Source of the DNA: Candidatus Brennerbacteria bacterium
Lineage (GTDB): Bacteria > Patescibacteriota > Minisyncoccia > UBA6257 > GWB1-50-10
Reading direction: 5' to 3'
NCBI GenBank assembly: GCA_016183535.1
Contig: JACPEK010000006.1
Location: forward strand, 1 to 36,014
Length of the DNA stretch: 36,014 nucleotides
Shown: piece by piece, positions 27,716-36,014 of the stretch
Numbering within the stretch: position 1 is the first letter of the stretch
Layout: each line of letters begins with the position of its first letter
Position numbers and translations under genes: made by a program
Notes under the pieces: model-generated
Seen by the model: the letters and a program-made list of their open reading frames with translations, nothing else
The model's database searches: none
Told to the model about the DNA's origin: nothing

Positions 27716-28158
27716 TTGTGCGGTATTCTTGAATTGGTCCAAATCGCTTTCGCTCTTCGATAAGCTCGTGGCGAGGAAAGCCCCCGTGAATCCGCCAGCT
27801 GGCGGACGGAAAGGTGGCGCCTGCCCGCCGAAGCCTCGACGCGGGCCGAGAGCCGCGCCGCTGACAATTTCCATTCTCATGTCCCAAAAGGTCGCGCTAA
27901 ACGAAAAAATCACCGACTTTGAGACAAAAGGGTTGTCTTGGCTCGAACCGGCTCGTGAGTTCGTAAAATCCTTAAATCAAGCCGCGAATCTGGTTCAAAC
28001 AGATAATCTTTCCGAATTGCCAACATTTCTGAAAAACATAGGCTCGAACCATATCTTGCAGAATCGCCAATTCGTTTTCACCCCCAAAATCCAATACAGA
28101 TTAGTCGCCGAGCGGAGCGAGGCGAACCAAAACCGCTTGATTTTTCCTTTCTGGTGCA
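27716..28158 (+). mobile_element. Remnant serine-recombinase element integrated at tRNA-Val
   Basis: Degenerate distal arm TGTGCGGTATTCTTGAATTGGTCC at ~27717; recombinase C-terminal frame LMSQKVALNEKITDF...IGSNHIL...IFPFWC (~27876-28157) running into the tRNA 3' end. Confidence 0.75.
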
Positions 28159-28226
28159 CCCTGCAGGGATCGAACCTGCTACCTCTCCGATGTGAACGGA
28201 GCGTTCTACCAATGAACTAAGGGTGC
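28152..28226 (-). tRNA. tRNA-Val(CAC)
   Basis: GCACCCT/AGGGTGC acceptor, CTCCG-TT-CAC-AT-CGGAG anticodon arm, GCAGG-TTCGATC-CCTGC T arm, encoded CCA. Confidence 0.96.
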
Positions 28227-28241
28227 GCACATTGAGTAAAA

Positions 28242-28277
28242 CAAAACGACATCGCTTTTTCAAGCGATGTCGTTTTG
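28242..28277 (-). terminator. Hairpin after rplL
   Basis: CAAAACGACATCGCTT-TTTC-AAGCGATGTCGTTTTG. Confidence 0.7.
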
Positions 28278-28290
28278 ACATGCGCGCGAG

Positions 28291-28656
28291 CTACTGCAAT
28301 TCAACAGTAGCCCCCGCTTCCTCAAGCTTCTTCTTTAATTCTTCCGCCTCCTCCTTTTTCAAGCCCTCCTTTACCGGTTTTGGCGCGCCATCCACAACGT
28401 CCTTCGCTTCTTTCAAACCAAGGCCCGTTGCCTCTTTCACAGCTTTAATGACGTTGATCTTCAGGTCGCCCGCGGCTTTAAGCACCACCGTCCAGGCGGT
28501 CTTCTCTTCCGCCGCCGCGGCACCCGCACCGGCCCCCGCAACTGCCATCGCCGCCGCCGAGACGCCGAACTTTTCTTCAAGCGCTTTCACGAGTTCCGCG
28601 AGCTCGAGCACACTCAACTTCTCAACTTTCTCGATGATGTCGTTGTATTTTTCCAT
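28291..28656 (-). CDS. rplL: 50S ribosomal protein L7/L12
   Basis: [34 protein letters not shown]. Confidence 0.98.
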   Translation of the reverse strand: MEKYNDIIEKVEKLSVLELAELVKALEEKFGVSAAAMAVAGAGAGAAAAEEKTAWTVVLKAAGDLKINVIKAVKEATGLGLKEAKDVVDGAPKPVKEGLKKEEAEELKKKLEEAGATVELQ

Positions 28657-28660
28657 ATAT

Positions 28661-29152
28661 TTAATTTATTTTCTTCGCCCTTTCGTTCAACACGGTCATA
28701 AACTGGCGGATGGGAACCGTAAGCATGCCGACAAGCTGACCCAGGAGAATCTCCCGCGGAGGAAGCGCGCCATAACGTGTCACATCCACGCCCTCGAAAA
28801 ACTTTTTTTCTTTGAGGTCAAAGCCGCCCAAAATTTTGAACGACTCCTTTCCTTTCGAGAACTTGTAGGTCACACCCGCGGTTTCGACAAGATCCTTCGA
28901 CGAGAACACGACCCCAAGCTGGCCCGCAAGGGACTTCGGATCAAACTCGATCCCCTGTTCCTTAAGCATCAGCTTAAAGAGTCGTTTTTTGACCACCGCG
29001 AACGCCGCTCCCATAGCGCGGAGTGTTTTACGGAACGAATTCAATTCCGCGGTCGGCACGCCGGTGAAATCTGCGAGGACGAGTGTTTCGCTCGCCTTTA
29101 TTCCCTTCACACCACTCTCTATTGCTTCCTTCTTTTGTGCTTTTGTTTTCAT
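28661..29152 (-). CDS. rplJ: 50S ribosomal protein L10
   Basis: ADFTG...VVKKRL...[12 protein letters not shown]; upstream of rplL. Confidence 0.96.
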   Translation of the reverse strand: MKTKAQKKEAIESGVKGIKASETLVLADFTGVPTAELNSFRKTLRAMGAAFAVVKKRLFKLMLKEQGIEFDPKSLAGQLGVVFSSKDLVETAGVTYKFSKGKESFKILGGFDLKEKKFFEGVDVTRYGALPPREILLGQLVGMLTVPIRQFMTVLNERAKKIN

Positions 29153-29162
29153 TTATAGGACA

Positions 29163-29257
29163 AATAAAAACGTCTGCGACCTTTACCGCAGACGACTGCC
29201 TAATTTTTAGGCTTCCTCGGCGGGATTTACTGGTGTTCCAAACCCACTGTCTACGGA
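29163..29257 (-). promoter_or_regulatory. L10 leader RNA
   Basis: CCGTAGACAGTGGG...TAAATCCCGCCGAGG kink-turn motif, then hairpin CGTCTGCG/CGCAGACG-TTTTT; TTGACT/TACTAT promoter at 29265-29292. Confidence 0.85.
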
Positions 29258-29319
29258 CAACTAGATAGTAACAGGAAGGTAGAGAAAGTCAATTTTATAA
29301 AGAAGCTGCGTATGCGACA

Positions 29320-29985
29320 TTAGCCTAAGATGGATTGTTGGCCTATTATCAAACTTTTTATATCACTTTCTATAAGAATTCTTGAGGGAGCGTCTGTCCT
29401 ATCAACCATTGCTACTGTAGGCTTTATATCTTTTCTAGGGTTTGTTGGATGCGGGATAGAGAAACCCACATATTCAACTTTCTTCCCGCGACTCCTAACC
29501 CAATCAATTGCTGGAATCAAGTCGGTATCGGAACTCACAATAAGGGCAGTATCATACTGATCATCTACGGCCCCAACAATTAAGTCGGTAGCTAACTTCA
29601 CATCAATACCTTTTTCTCTGTACTTCTCAAAGGTAAAACTACTCACTCCCTTCTGTAAAAGATTCTCCCAGTCTACGACCCGATCGTCCACTTGGATTTT
29701 TTCGATTTTTTTCTTATGAATACTCGTCTTTATTTCCCATCTTCCACCACGAAGCCTAGTGAAAAGGGACGTTTGTCTTGATACTGCCGCTTTTGATTTA
29801 AGGTCTCCTTCTCTTTCTGGAACAGTACCAATGTAGAAACGCTTCCCGAGAGAGATTATATCTCTTCCATTTGCAAGCATTAAAACAAACTTTTCATAAT
29901 CAAAATTTGCATCCTGAATTCCAAGCGGTTTTAACGCAAGAAGGTAGAAATTCGCTCCATCAATATGTATAGAAACTTTATTCAC
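29320..29985 (-). CDS. NYN-domain (LabA/DUF88, PIN-like) protein
   Basis: IHIDGANF, EKGIDVKLATDL, IVSSDTDLIPAI...GKKVEYVGF; GTG 29985 after TATAAT preferred over the track start; AT-rich. Confidence 0.88.
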   Translation of the reverse strand: MNKVSIHIDGANFYLLALKPLGIQDANFDYEKFVLMLANGRDIISLGKRFYIGTVPEREGDLKSKAAVSRQTSLFTRLRGGRWEIKTSIHKKKIEKIQVDDRVVDWENLLQKGVSSFTFEKYREKGIDVKLATDLIVGAVDDQYDTALIVSSDTDLIPAIDWVRSRGKKVEYVGFSIPHPTNPRKDIKPTVAMVDRTDAPSRILIESDIKSLIIGQQSILG

Positions 29986-30005
29986 TAAAGAATTATATCC
30001 CAAAA

Positions 30006-30039
30006 CTAAAACCCGCACACTCCTTGCGGAGGCGCGGGC
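30006..30039 (-). terminator. Intrinsic terminator upstream of the NYN gene
   Basis: Minus strand GCCCGCGCCTCC-GCAA-GGAGTGTGCGGGT-TTTAGTTTT. Confidence 0.65.
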
Positions 30040-30151
30040 GATTTCCACTTACAATGTATAGTCAAATCGAGTATAAAGTCAAACTGTTGATAACTAGACC
30101 AAAAAAGAGGTCGAAAGGACTAGCTTTTTAGGTTTTTGAAAAAGATTGGTT

Positions 30152-31252
30152 TTATAATTCTCCCTCTAACTCTTCGAGTAATTTCTTTGCCTTTGCGGAG
30201 AGCTTCTTCGGCGTTTTTACCTTGAGCGTGAGGTAGAGGTCGCCGTGATCCGTCCGCCAGCTGGCGGATCCGAAACGCGGCATGCCTTTCCCCGCGACCT
30301 TCAGGGGCGCGTGGATATCGTATCCCGCCGGCACCTCTACCGTGATACGTGCGCCGTCCACACCCGCGATTTCAAACGACTTCCCGAGCGCGAGGTCGGT
30401 GAGTTTAATCTCGTGTGACCCGAAAAGGTCGGCGCGTTTCCGCTCGAACTTCACGTGCGGCTTCACCCGCACCATCACATAGAGGTCGCCCGGCATGGCG
30501 CCCTGCTCGCCCGCTTCGCCCATGCCGGATACTTTTATAATCTGGCCGTCTTCCACCCCCGCCGCGATATTAATAGTCACCTCGCGCGTGCCGGTCGTGC
30601 GCCCCGATCCGCCGCAAAGCTTACACTCTTCGTTCGGTATCTCGCCCCGCCCTTTACAGGAAGGACACGCGCGCACTTGCGTAAAATTTCCGAAAAACGT
30701 GCGGCGCGCCTCGCGCACCTCTCCTTTTCCCTTGCAGGTATCGCACTTCGCCACCCCCTTCGCCTTGTCGTATCCGGCACCTTTGCATCTCGCGCACGGG
30801 ACCGCGGTGATGACGCGAACGGCCCGCGTGACGCCGCGGAACGCTTCCTCGAGCGTAAGCTCCGCCACCACTTCGACGTCCGATCCTCTCCGATACGTCT
30901 CGCGCCGGCCGAAACCGCCGAACTGCTCGAAAATACCTTCAAACATCTCTCCTAAATCGCCGAAATCTTCCATGTTCACATGAAATCCCTGCGGATTGAA
31001 TCCGCCGAAGGGGTTTCCGCCTCCGCCCGCCGAAGAACCGCCGTCGAAGACTTGGCCAAAACGATCGTACTGCGTCCGCTTCTCTTTATTCCCCAGTACC
31101 TGGTAGGCCTCGTTCACTTCCTTGAACTTTGCCTCGTTCCCTCCCGATTTATCGGGGTGATGCTGGTGCGCGAGGCGGCGGTACGCTTTCTTAATCTCTT
31201 CTTCAGAAGCGGTCTTTGTGACCCCTAAAATTTTGTAGTAATCCTTTGGCAT
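30152..31252 (-). CDS. dnaJ: Chaperone DnaJ
   Basis: J domain HPD, G/F region, four CxxCxGxG repeats. Confidence 0.96.
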   Translation of the reverse strand: MPKDYYKILGVTKTASEEEIKKAYRRLAHQHHPDKSGGNEAKFKEVNEAYQVLGNKEKRTQYDRFGQVFDGGSSAGGGGNPFGGFNPQGFHVNMEDFGDLGEMFEGIFEQFGGFGRRETYRRGSDVEVVAELTLEEAFRGVTRAVRVITAVPCARCKGAGYDKAKGVAKCDTCKGKGEVREARRTFFGNFTQVRACPSCKGRGEIPNEECKLCGGSGRTTGTREVTINIAAGVEDGQIIKVSGMGEAGEQGAMPGDLYVMVRVKPHVKFERKRADLFGSHEIKLTDLALGKSFEIAGVDGARITVEVPAGYDIHAPLKVAGKGMPRFGSASWRTDHGDLYLTLKVKTPKKLSAKAKKLLEELEGEL

Positions 31253-31313
31253 GGGAATCACGAATATTCACGATAGAGAACCACGGTGGCCCTCTTCGTG
31301 TGTATGAGTGTCT

Positions 31314-32369
31314 TCATGAAAGAAGAACAAACTCTCTCGTCTGGGTCGCGACGCCGACGCGCGCAAATCCCAGCGCCATGAGAAATTTGAAAACGAGATA
31401 CGCGATCAAGGCGATAAGCCAGTGGAAAAGCGAGAAGAATCCCTTGAGCGAGAAGAAAACGAGCACAAAAGCTCCCACGGAGAATGCCGCGTACTGCGAG
31501 GGAGAGAGCGACGAGATACGGCGTTCGAGAATGCGATACGCCGCATCGCGCACCGTTTCCTGCGGATCGAGGGGCCCCACGGCGGGTTCGATGGAGCGTC
31601 GGAGGCGTTCCGTCGCTTGCGCGACGAGCGCATCCCGCACCGGCACCGGAAGATCTCGGAACACAACCTCCGGCGATCCTTCTGTCGTCGCAATATTTTC
31701 AAGCGTGGCGCCGCGTCCCTTCTCCAGCTCCGCGCGCACCACATCTTCAAAAAGCGTCCCCACGCTCTGCCCCGCGGAAAAACGAGGGGCATAGAGTCTC
31801 ACGAGCGGTTCGGAAGAGGAAAGAAACTGGCTTACAAATTTTTTTCCCATCGTTTCACCGATCGTTCCCCACGAAACATACGTGAGGTAGGTGACGACCG
31901 TCATGAAAAGAAGCGCGCCGGTTATCGCCTTTGGAATCACCGCATGCGCGATGTCGAAAAACCGCACCGATATGCCGGTCGCCGCATGCCGCAATCCCCG
32001 CACCGATCCCGTAGCCGCGAAAAGGAAAAAGAGGAGGGCGGCGACAAGGAGCGGGACTGAAGGGGAAGGGAACAACCGCTCCGTGAAAAACGCGAGAGGC
32101 GCAAGGATTTCCGCCAGCACCAAACCACGCAGGAGCAGAGACGACTTTACGAAAAACGCTTGGAGGGTAAGCGTGGCGATGAACAGCGTGCCGGCTCCCG
32201 CCGCCACAAGGAGAAGTTCCGGAGTCGCGGCGGCAAGATACGCAGTGAGAGACTTCACCGCAAGAAGATTCGCGCCGATCGCCGCCGCGGCAAACCCCGC
32301 GATTTTGAGCGGCTTCGTATCGCGCTCCTCGTCTTTCGATTGACTCACCACATTCACGCTGTTCTGCAT
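31314..32369 (-). CDS. Hypothetical multi-pass membrane protein
   Basis: 351 aa, several TM segments, in operon between dnaK and dnaJ. Confidence 0.75.
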   Translation of the reverse strand: MQNSVNVVSQSKDEERDTKPLKIAGFAAAAIGANLLAVKSLTAYLAAATPELLLVAAGAGTLFIATLTLQAFFVKSSLLLRGLVLAEILAPLAFFTERLFPSPSVPLLVAALLFFLFAATGSVRGLRHAATGISVRFFDIAHAVIPKAITGALLFMTVVTYLTYVSWGTIGETMGKKFVSQFLSSSEPLVRLYAPRFSAGQSVGTLFEDVVRAELEKGRGATLENIATTEGSPEVVFRDLPVPVRDALVAQATERLRRSIEPAVGPLDPQETVRDAAYRILERRISSLSPSQYAAFSVGAFVLVFFSLKGFFSLFHWLIALIAYLVFKFLMALGFARVGVATQTREFVLLS

Positions 32370-32384
32370 ACCATCAAAATATAA

Positions 32385-34301
32385 CTAACCTTTTTCAGGT
32401 TCTCCGGCGGCCTCGCCGGTTGGCGAATCGGGAGGCGTTTCCTCTCCGCCGACCGTTCCTTCGCTTCCGCTTTGCGGAGGAGAAGGATTTTTATAGAGCG
32501 CCTCGCCGATCTTCTGAAGTTCCACGGAAAGTTCTTGTGTTTTCACCTTGATCGCGTCCATATCCTCGCCGTCCTTCACTCCTTTCAACGCTTCCATTTT
32601 TTCGGTGACTGACTTTTTCAAATCATCCGTCACTCTGTCGCCACCGTCTTTGAGTGATTTCTCCGCCACATAGAGAAGTGACTCTGCCTGGTTTCGCGCG
32701 TCGATGAGCACGCGTTTCTTTGCGTCTTCCGTGGCGTGGAGTTCCGCTTCCTTCTTCAAACGCTCCACTTCATCTTTCGACAGCGCGGTCGAGGCTTCTA
32801 TCTTTACCGACTGCGCTTTTCCGGTCGCTTTGTCCTTCGCGCTCACCGTCAAAATGCCGTTCGCGTCGATATCGAAAGCCACCTCAATCTGCGGCATGCC
32901 GCGCGGCGCGGGCGGGAGACCGTCTAAAATGAAACGCGCCAAGGTTTTGTTGTCCGCCGTCATCGGCCGCTCCCCCTGACTTATGTGGATCTCGACCGAT
33001 GTTTGATTGTCCGCCGCAGTCGAGAATACCTGTGTTTTGGCGGTCGGCACGGTCGTGTTCTTCTCTATCATCGCCGTCGCGACGCCACCCAAGGTTTCAA
33101 TCGCGAGCGTGAGCGGAGTCACGTCGAGGAGAAGAATGTCCTTCACATCGCCCTGGAGAATGCCGGCCTGTACCGCCGCGCCCACCGCGACCACCTCGTC
33201 GGGATTGATGCCTTGGTGCGGTTCCTTCCCGAATAATTTCTTCACCTCTTCTTTAATGAGCGGCATGCGCGTCTGGCCGCCCACGAGAATGACCTCATTG
33301 ATATCCGAGAGTTTGAGCCCCGCGCCCTTCGGAGACGCCGCAGTTACCGCATCCTTCACGAGCGCGATTGAGCGCTCGATCTCCGGACGCACCAAGTCCT
33401 CAAGTTTTGCCCGCGTTATCTTCATCACAAAATGTTTGGGGCCGTCGACGCCGGACGTGATGTACGGAAGGTTGATTTCCGTTTCCACGGCGGTCGAGAG
33501 TTCATGTTTCGCCCGCTCGGCCGCTTCCTTGAGGCGCTGGAGCGCCAAGGCATCCTTCGCAAGATCCACTCCTTCCTGCTTCCTGTATTCCGCCACGAGG
33601 TACTCGATGATTTTTTTGTCAAAATCGTCACCGCCCAAGTGCGTGTCGCCCCCCGTCGCTTTCACCTCCACCGTATTGTCGCCGACCTCGAGGACCGAGA
33701 TGTCGAACGTGCCGCCTCCGAAGTCATAGACCACAATCTTCTCGCTCTTCTGTTTGTCGAGGCCGTACGCCAAGGCCGCCGCGGTCGGCTCGTTGATGAT
33801 GCGGCGCACCTTAAATCCCGCGATTTCTCCTGCGTTTTTCGTCGCCTGCCGCTCGCTGTCGTCGAAGTACGCCGGCACGGTGATGACGGCTTCTTCTATC
33901 TTTTCCCCCAGTTTCGCCTCCGCGTCGGCTTTCAATTTTTGGAGCACCATCGCCGAGATTTCCTCGGGTTGGTACCCACGGTCACCCATCATGATCTCCA
34001 CGCCGTGCGAGGACGACTCCTTGATTGCGAACGGAAGCCACGCGGCGTCCCGTCCAACCTCCTGGTCTTTCCACGGGCGGCCAATCAAACGTTTTATCGA
34101 AAAAATTGTGTGCTTCGGATTTACCACCGCCTGCCGCTTCGCAGTCGTCCCCACAAGACGTTCGCCCGATTTTGAGAGCGCGACCACCGAAGGAGTGGTG
34201 CGATTCCCCTCATGGTTTTCGAGGACGCGGGGCGCGCCGCCCTCCATCACCGCCATCGCGGAATTCGTTGTTCCCAAATCTATTCCCAATATTTTTGCCA
34301 T
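32385..34301 (-). CDS. dnaK: Chaperone DnaK
   Basis: [38 protein letters not shown]. Confidence 0.98.
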   Translation of the reverse strand: MAKILGIDLGTTNSAMAVMEGGAPRVLENHEGNRTTPSVVALSKSGERLVGTTAKRQAVVNPKHTIFSIKRLIGRPWKDQEVGRDAAWLPFAIKESSSHGVEIMMGDRGYQPEEISAMVLQKLKADAEAKLGEKIEEAVITVPAYFDDSERQATKNAGEIAGFKVRRIINEPTAAALAYGLDKQKSEKIVVYDFGGGTFDISVLEVGDNTVEVKATGGDTHLGGDDFDKKIIEYLVAEYRKQEGVDLAKDALALQRLKEAAERAKHELSTAVETEINLPYITSGVDGPKHFVMKITRAKLEDLVRPEIERSIALVKDAVTAASPKGAGLKLSDINEVILVGGQTRMPLIKEEVKKLFGKEPHQGINPDEVVAVGAAVQAGILQGDVKDILLLDVTPLTLAIETLGGVATAMIEKNTTVPTAKTQVFSTAADNQTSVEIHISQGERPMTADNKTLARFILDGLPPAPRGMPQIEVAFDIDANGILTVSAKDKATGKAQSVKIEASTALSKDEVERLKKEAELHATEDAKKRVLIDARNQAESLLYVAEKSLKDGGDRVTDDLKKSVTEKMEALKGVKDGEDMDAIKVKTQELSVELQKIGEALYKNPSPPQSGSEGTVGGEETPPDSPTGEAAGEPEKG

Positions 34302-34323
34302 AGGTATGGTGAGTTGTTAGTTG

Positions 34324-34821
34324 TTAGTTTTTTATTTGCCCTTTGCTTAATTTCACACGCGCCGGCCTTACTATCTTACCATGGAGGAGGTAACCGGCGC
34401 CGACCTCCTCGGCGACCGCGCCCGGCGGCACACCCGCTTCGATCTCCCCCACCGCTTCGTGTCGCGAGGGATCGAACGCGTCGCCCGACTTTACCTGCAC
34501 CCGCTCCATGCCGTGGCGTCGCAAAATTTCTTCGAGTTGGGCGCGGATGAGTTCCATGCCTTTCCGTGCGTGATCCTTCTCGTCTACCGTCGCGAGACCG
34601 AGATCAAAGCTGTCGAGCACATAGAGGAGATCCGCGAGAAGTGCCTCGTTCGCAAATTTCGCGAGCGTCTCGGCGCGCGCAGCCTCGTCCTTTTTGTAGT
34701 TCAGAAAATCCGCCTTCGCGCGTTTCCATCCGTCAAGATATTCGTCGCGTGTTTTTTCGCAGGTGGCGAGCGCGGCTTCAAGCTCTTCCGGCGTCCACAT
34801 TGGTTTTGTGCGTTCTTCCAT
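34324..34821 (-). CDS. grpE: Nucleotide exchange factor GrpE
   Basis: RAKADFLNYKK, FDPSRHEAV, GY.LHGKIVRPARV. Confidence 0.96.
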   Translation of the reverse strand: MEERTKPMWTPEELEAALATCEKTRDEYLDGWKRAKADFLNYKKDEAARAETLAKFANEALLADLLYVLDSFDLGLATVDEKDHARKGMELIRAQLEEILRRHGMERVQVKSGDAFDPSRHEAVGEIEAGVPPGAVAEEVGAGYLLHGKIVRPARVKLSKGQIKN

Positions 34822-34830
34822 AAGCGAGTG

Positions 34831-35517
34831 TTATTTCTCGAAAGCGCGGAAAAGAGCAAGCGACTTTTCGTAGTTCATACGGAGCGGGCCCACCGCGAGC
34901 ACGAAGCATGAATTTCGCGCCCGTGGAGAAGACAGACGTCCGATCACCACCGAAAGCAGTTTGGTTTCCGTGAGGGGCGTCTCCCCTATGAATACTTTCG
35001 GCCATTCCTCGTCCGCCGCCCACGCGTCAAGCCGCGAAGCGAGCCGCTCTTCCAAATGTTCAATATCGCGTATCACGTTCAAAAGCTCTCCCCGCTCATC
35101 CGTTTCGAGCTCTTCAACAAGATTGGCGAGACCGCACTCGCGGAAAGTTTTGCGATGCGGATCATAGGCGGCCCCCATGACGTTCAGTGATTCCGCGATT
35201 TCTTTCGGGAGCGTCTCCTGCTCGTGAACAGGGTCGCCGCTTTTCTGTCTCCGGAGCAATGGGCGAAGTTTTCCATTGTTCTCGATGCTTTCCACGTAGG
35301 TCGCATATGCTTTCCTCGTCGGGAAACGCCCGCCGGAAAGCCGGAGTTGGTAAAAATAACCCTCATCGGCAAGCGCCTGGAGTTCCCAGCGAATCATCGC
35401 GGGTTTGATGCCAAAATCGTACCGATCGTAGAGGTACTCCGAGGTGATAGGACGTCCCTCACGGATGTAATCCCGGACGGCGGTATTTAAAATCGTCCGC
35501 GTGCGCTCGCTCAACAT
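34831..35517 (-). CDS. hrcA: Heat-inducible repressor HrcA (short)
   Basis: IL...VRDYIREGRPITS, PAMIR, SGGRFPT, GPLRMNY; CIRCE directly upstream. Confidence 0.9.
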   Translation of the reverse strand: MLSERTRTILNTAVRDYIREGRPITSEYLYDRYDFGIKPAMIRWELQALADEGYFYQLRLSGGRFPTRKAYATYVESIENNGKLRPLLRRQKSGDPVHEQETLPKEIAESLNVMGAAYDPHRKTFRECGLANLVEELETDERGELLNVIRDIEHLEERLASRLDAWAADEEWPKVFIGETPLTETKLLSVVIGRLSSPRARNSCFVLAVGPLRMNYEKSLALFRAFEK

Positions 35518-35533
35518 TAAGGAAAGGATAGTA

Positions 35534-35560
35534 TTAGCACTCGACAGTGTCAAGTGCCAA
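35534..35560. promoter_or_regulatory. CIRCE operator overlapping the hrcA promoter
   Basis: TTAGCACTC-N9-AAGTGCCAA; minus-strand TTGACA-17 nt-TATCCT overlaps it. Confidence 0.9.
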
Positions 35561-35628
35561 CCCCATACCTTTGTGCAACTCTTGCGTACTCGGTCGCATA
35601 GGGCGACTCGTCGCACAAAGATGCGGGG
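35561..35628. repeat. Long imperfect hairpin
   Basis: CCCCATACCTTTGTGC...GCACAAAGATGCGGGG with inner GTCGC/GCGAC stem. Confidence 0.55.
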
Positions 35629-35648
35629 CCAATTTTATCCGCGCGCTT

Positions 35649-36014
35649 TCAAGGACAAGTGACGGAAGAGGTGGTGATGGCGCCGGCGTTCGAGACGCCG
35701 AGGCGATAACAAGTGCTGTTCGGAGATTTCAGGATAATTCCGTAGGTCGAGGTGGCAAAGCCGATATCGCCGCCCGTTGCGAATATTTTCGTCGTTGAGA
35801 GCGCCGAAGGATTTCCCCCCACCCCGAGCTGGCCGGAAGCGCCGACCGTCACGTCTCCTGAAAAATAGGCATCGCGCCACAAAAGTGACGCGCTCCCGAT
35901 GTCGAGGTTGCCGCTCGCGTTCGGAACGATACCGGAATCGAACGTGGCGGCGGAAATGCGGGCGACGGCGCCTCTCCACGTGCGCGATGTTTTCGCGCGG
36001 GTGGCCGTCGTTTG
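35649..36014 (-). CDS. C-terminus of a Gly/Ser/Thr-rich surface or fibre-like protein (5' end outside the window)
   Basis: Open from the edge: ...IVPNASGNLDIGSASLLWRDAYFS...GIILKSPNSTCYRLGVSNAGAITTSSVTCP*. Confidence 0.7.
   Translation of the reverse strand, partial: QTTATRAKTSRTWRGAVARISAATFDSGIVPNASGNLDIGSASLLWRDAYFSGDVTVGASGQLGVGGNPSALSTTKIFATGGDIGFATSTYGIILKSPNSTCYRLGVSNAGAITTSSVTCP

Noticed and set aside
27496-27720. oriC
   Set aside because: Few boxes, no dnaA/dnaN, and gene orientation does not switch here.
27729-28220. 163-aa ORF as an intact gene
   Set aside because: Its N-terminal third is translated palindromes, the middle a recombinase fragment, the end antisense tRNA; treated as a remnant.
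2833-35490. Many long antisense or alternate-frame ORFs (e.g. 6946-7848, 9123-10013, 10762-11952, 14409-15359, 24244-25092, 28223-29158, 33007-33729)
   Set aside because: Shadows of well-identified GC-rich housekeeping genes; no motifs of their own.
1-36014. CRISPR array, rRNA, DGR/retron, intein, genetic code 25
   Set aside because: No regularly spaced repeats, rRNA, reverse transcriptase or intein-sized insertions seen; TGA ends several genes (smc, khpA, rnhB, rsmH), so no recoding.
35649-36014. Prophage tail fibre
   Set aside because: Only a C-terminal fragment is visible and no phage genes are adjacent; such domains also end CPR surface proteins.

Overview
Mostly core-genome DNA of a Patescibacteria (CPR, probably Parcubacteria)-type bacterium using genetic code 11 (TGA is stop). 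Core genes: tsf/rpsB, trmD-khpA-rpsP, a short SMC-family ATPase, rnc, nusB, rpmF, rnhB, dnaE, thrS, miaA, gatB, rplK-nusG-secE, gyrB, dedA, murF-PBP-ftsL-rsmH-mraZ, rplJ/rplL with L10 leader, and hrcA-grpE-dnaK-dnaJ with CIRCE. The non-routine content is small-scale. (1) A large serine recombinase family whose att core (TGGTGCA, the tRNA 3' end read antisense) lies inside the recombinase's own 3' coding end. It appears as an N-truncated gene at 1-1086, a perfect 91-bp inverted repeat around two cargo genes, and a remnant fused to tRNA-Val(CAC). (2) tRNA-Glu(CTC) sandwiched between a GIY-YIG/REP-like cassette duplicating its 5' end and a non-coding hairpin element duplicating its 3' end. (3) Many short palindromes and 7-10-nt periodic repeats, several in frame inside housekeeping genes. 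(4) An AT-rich NYN gene preceded by a candidate promoter-sRNA-terminator unit. (5) A candidate rod-shaped ncRNA. All calls are by eye, without database searches.
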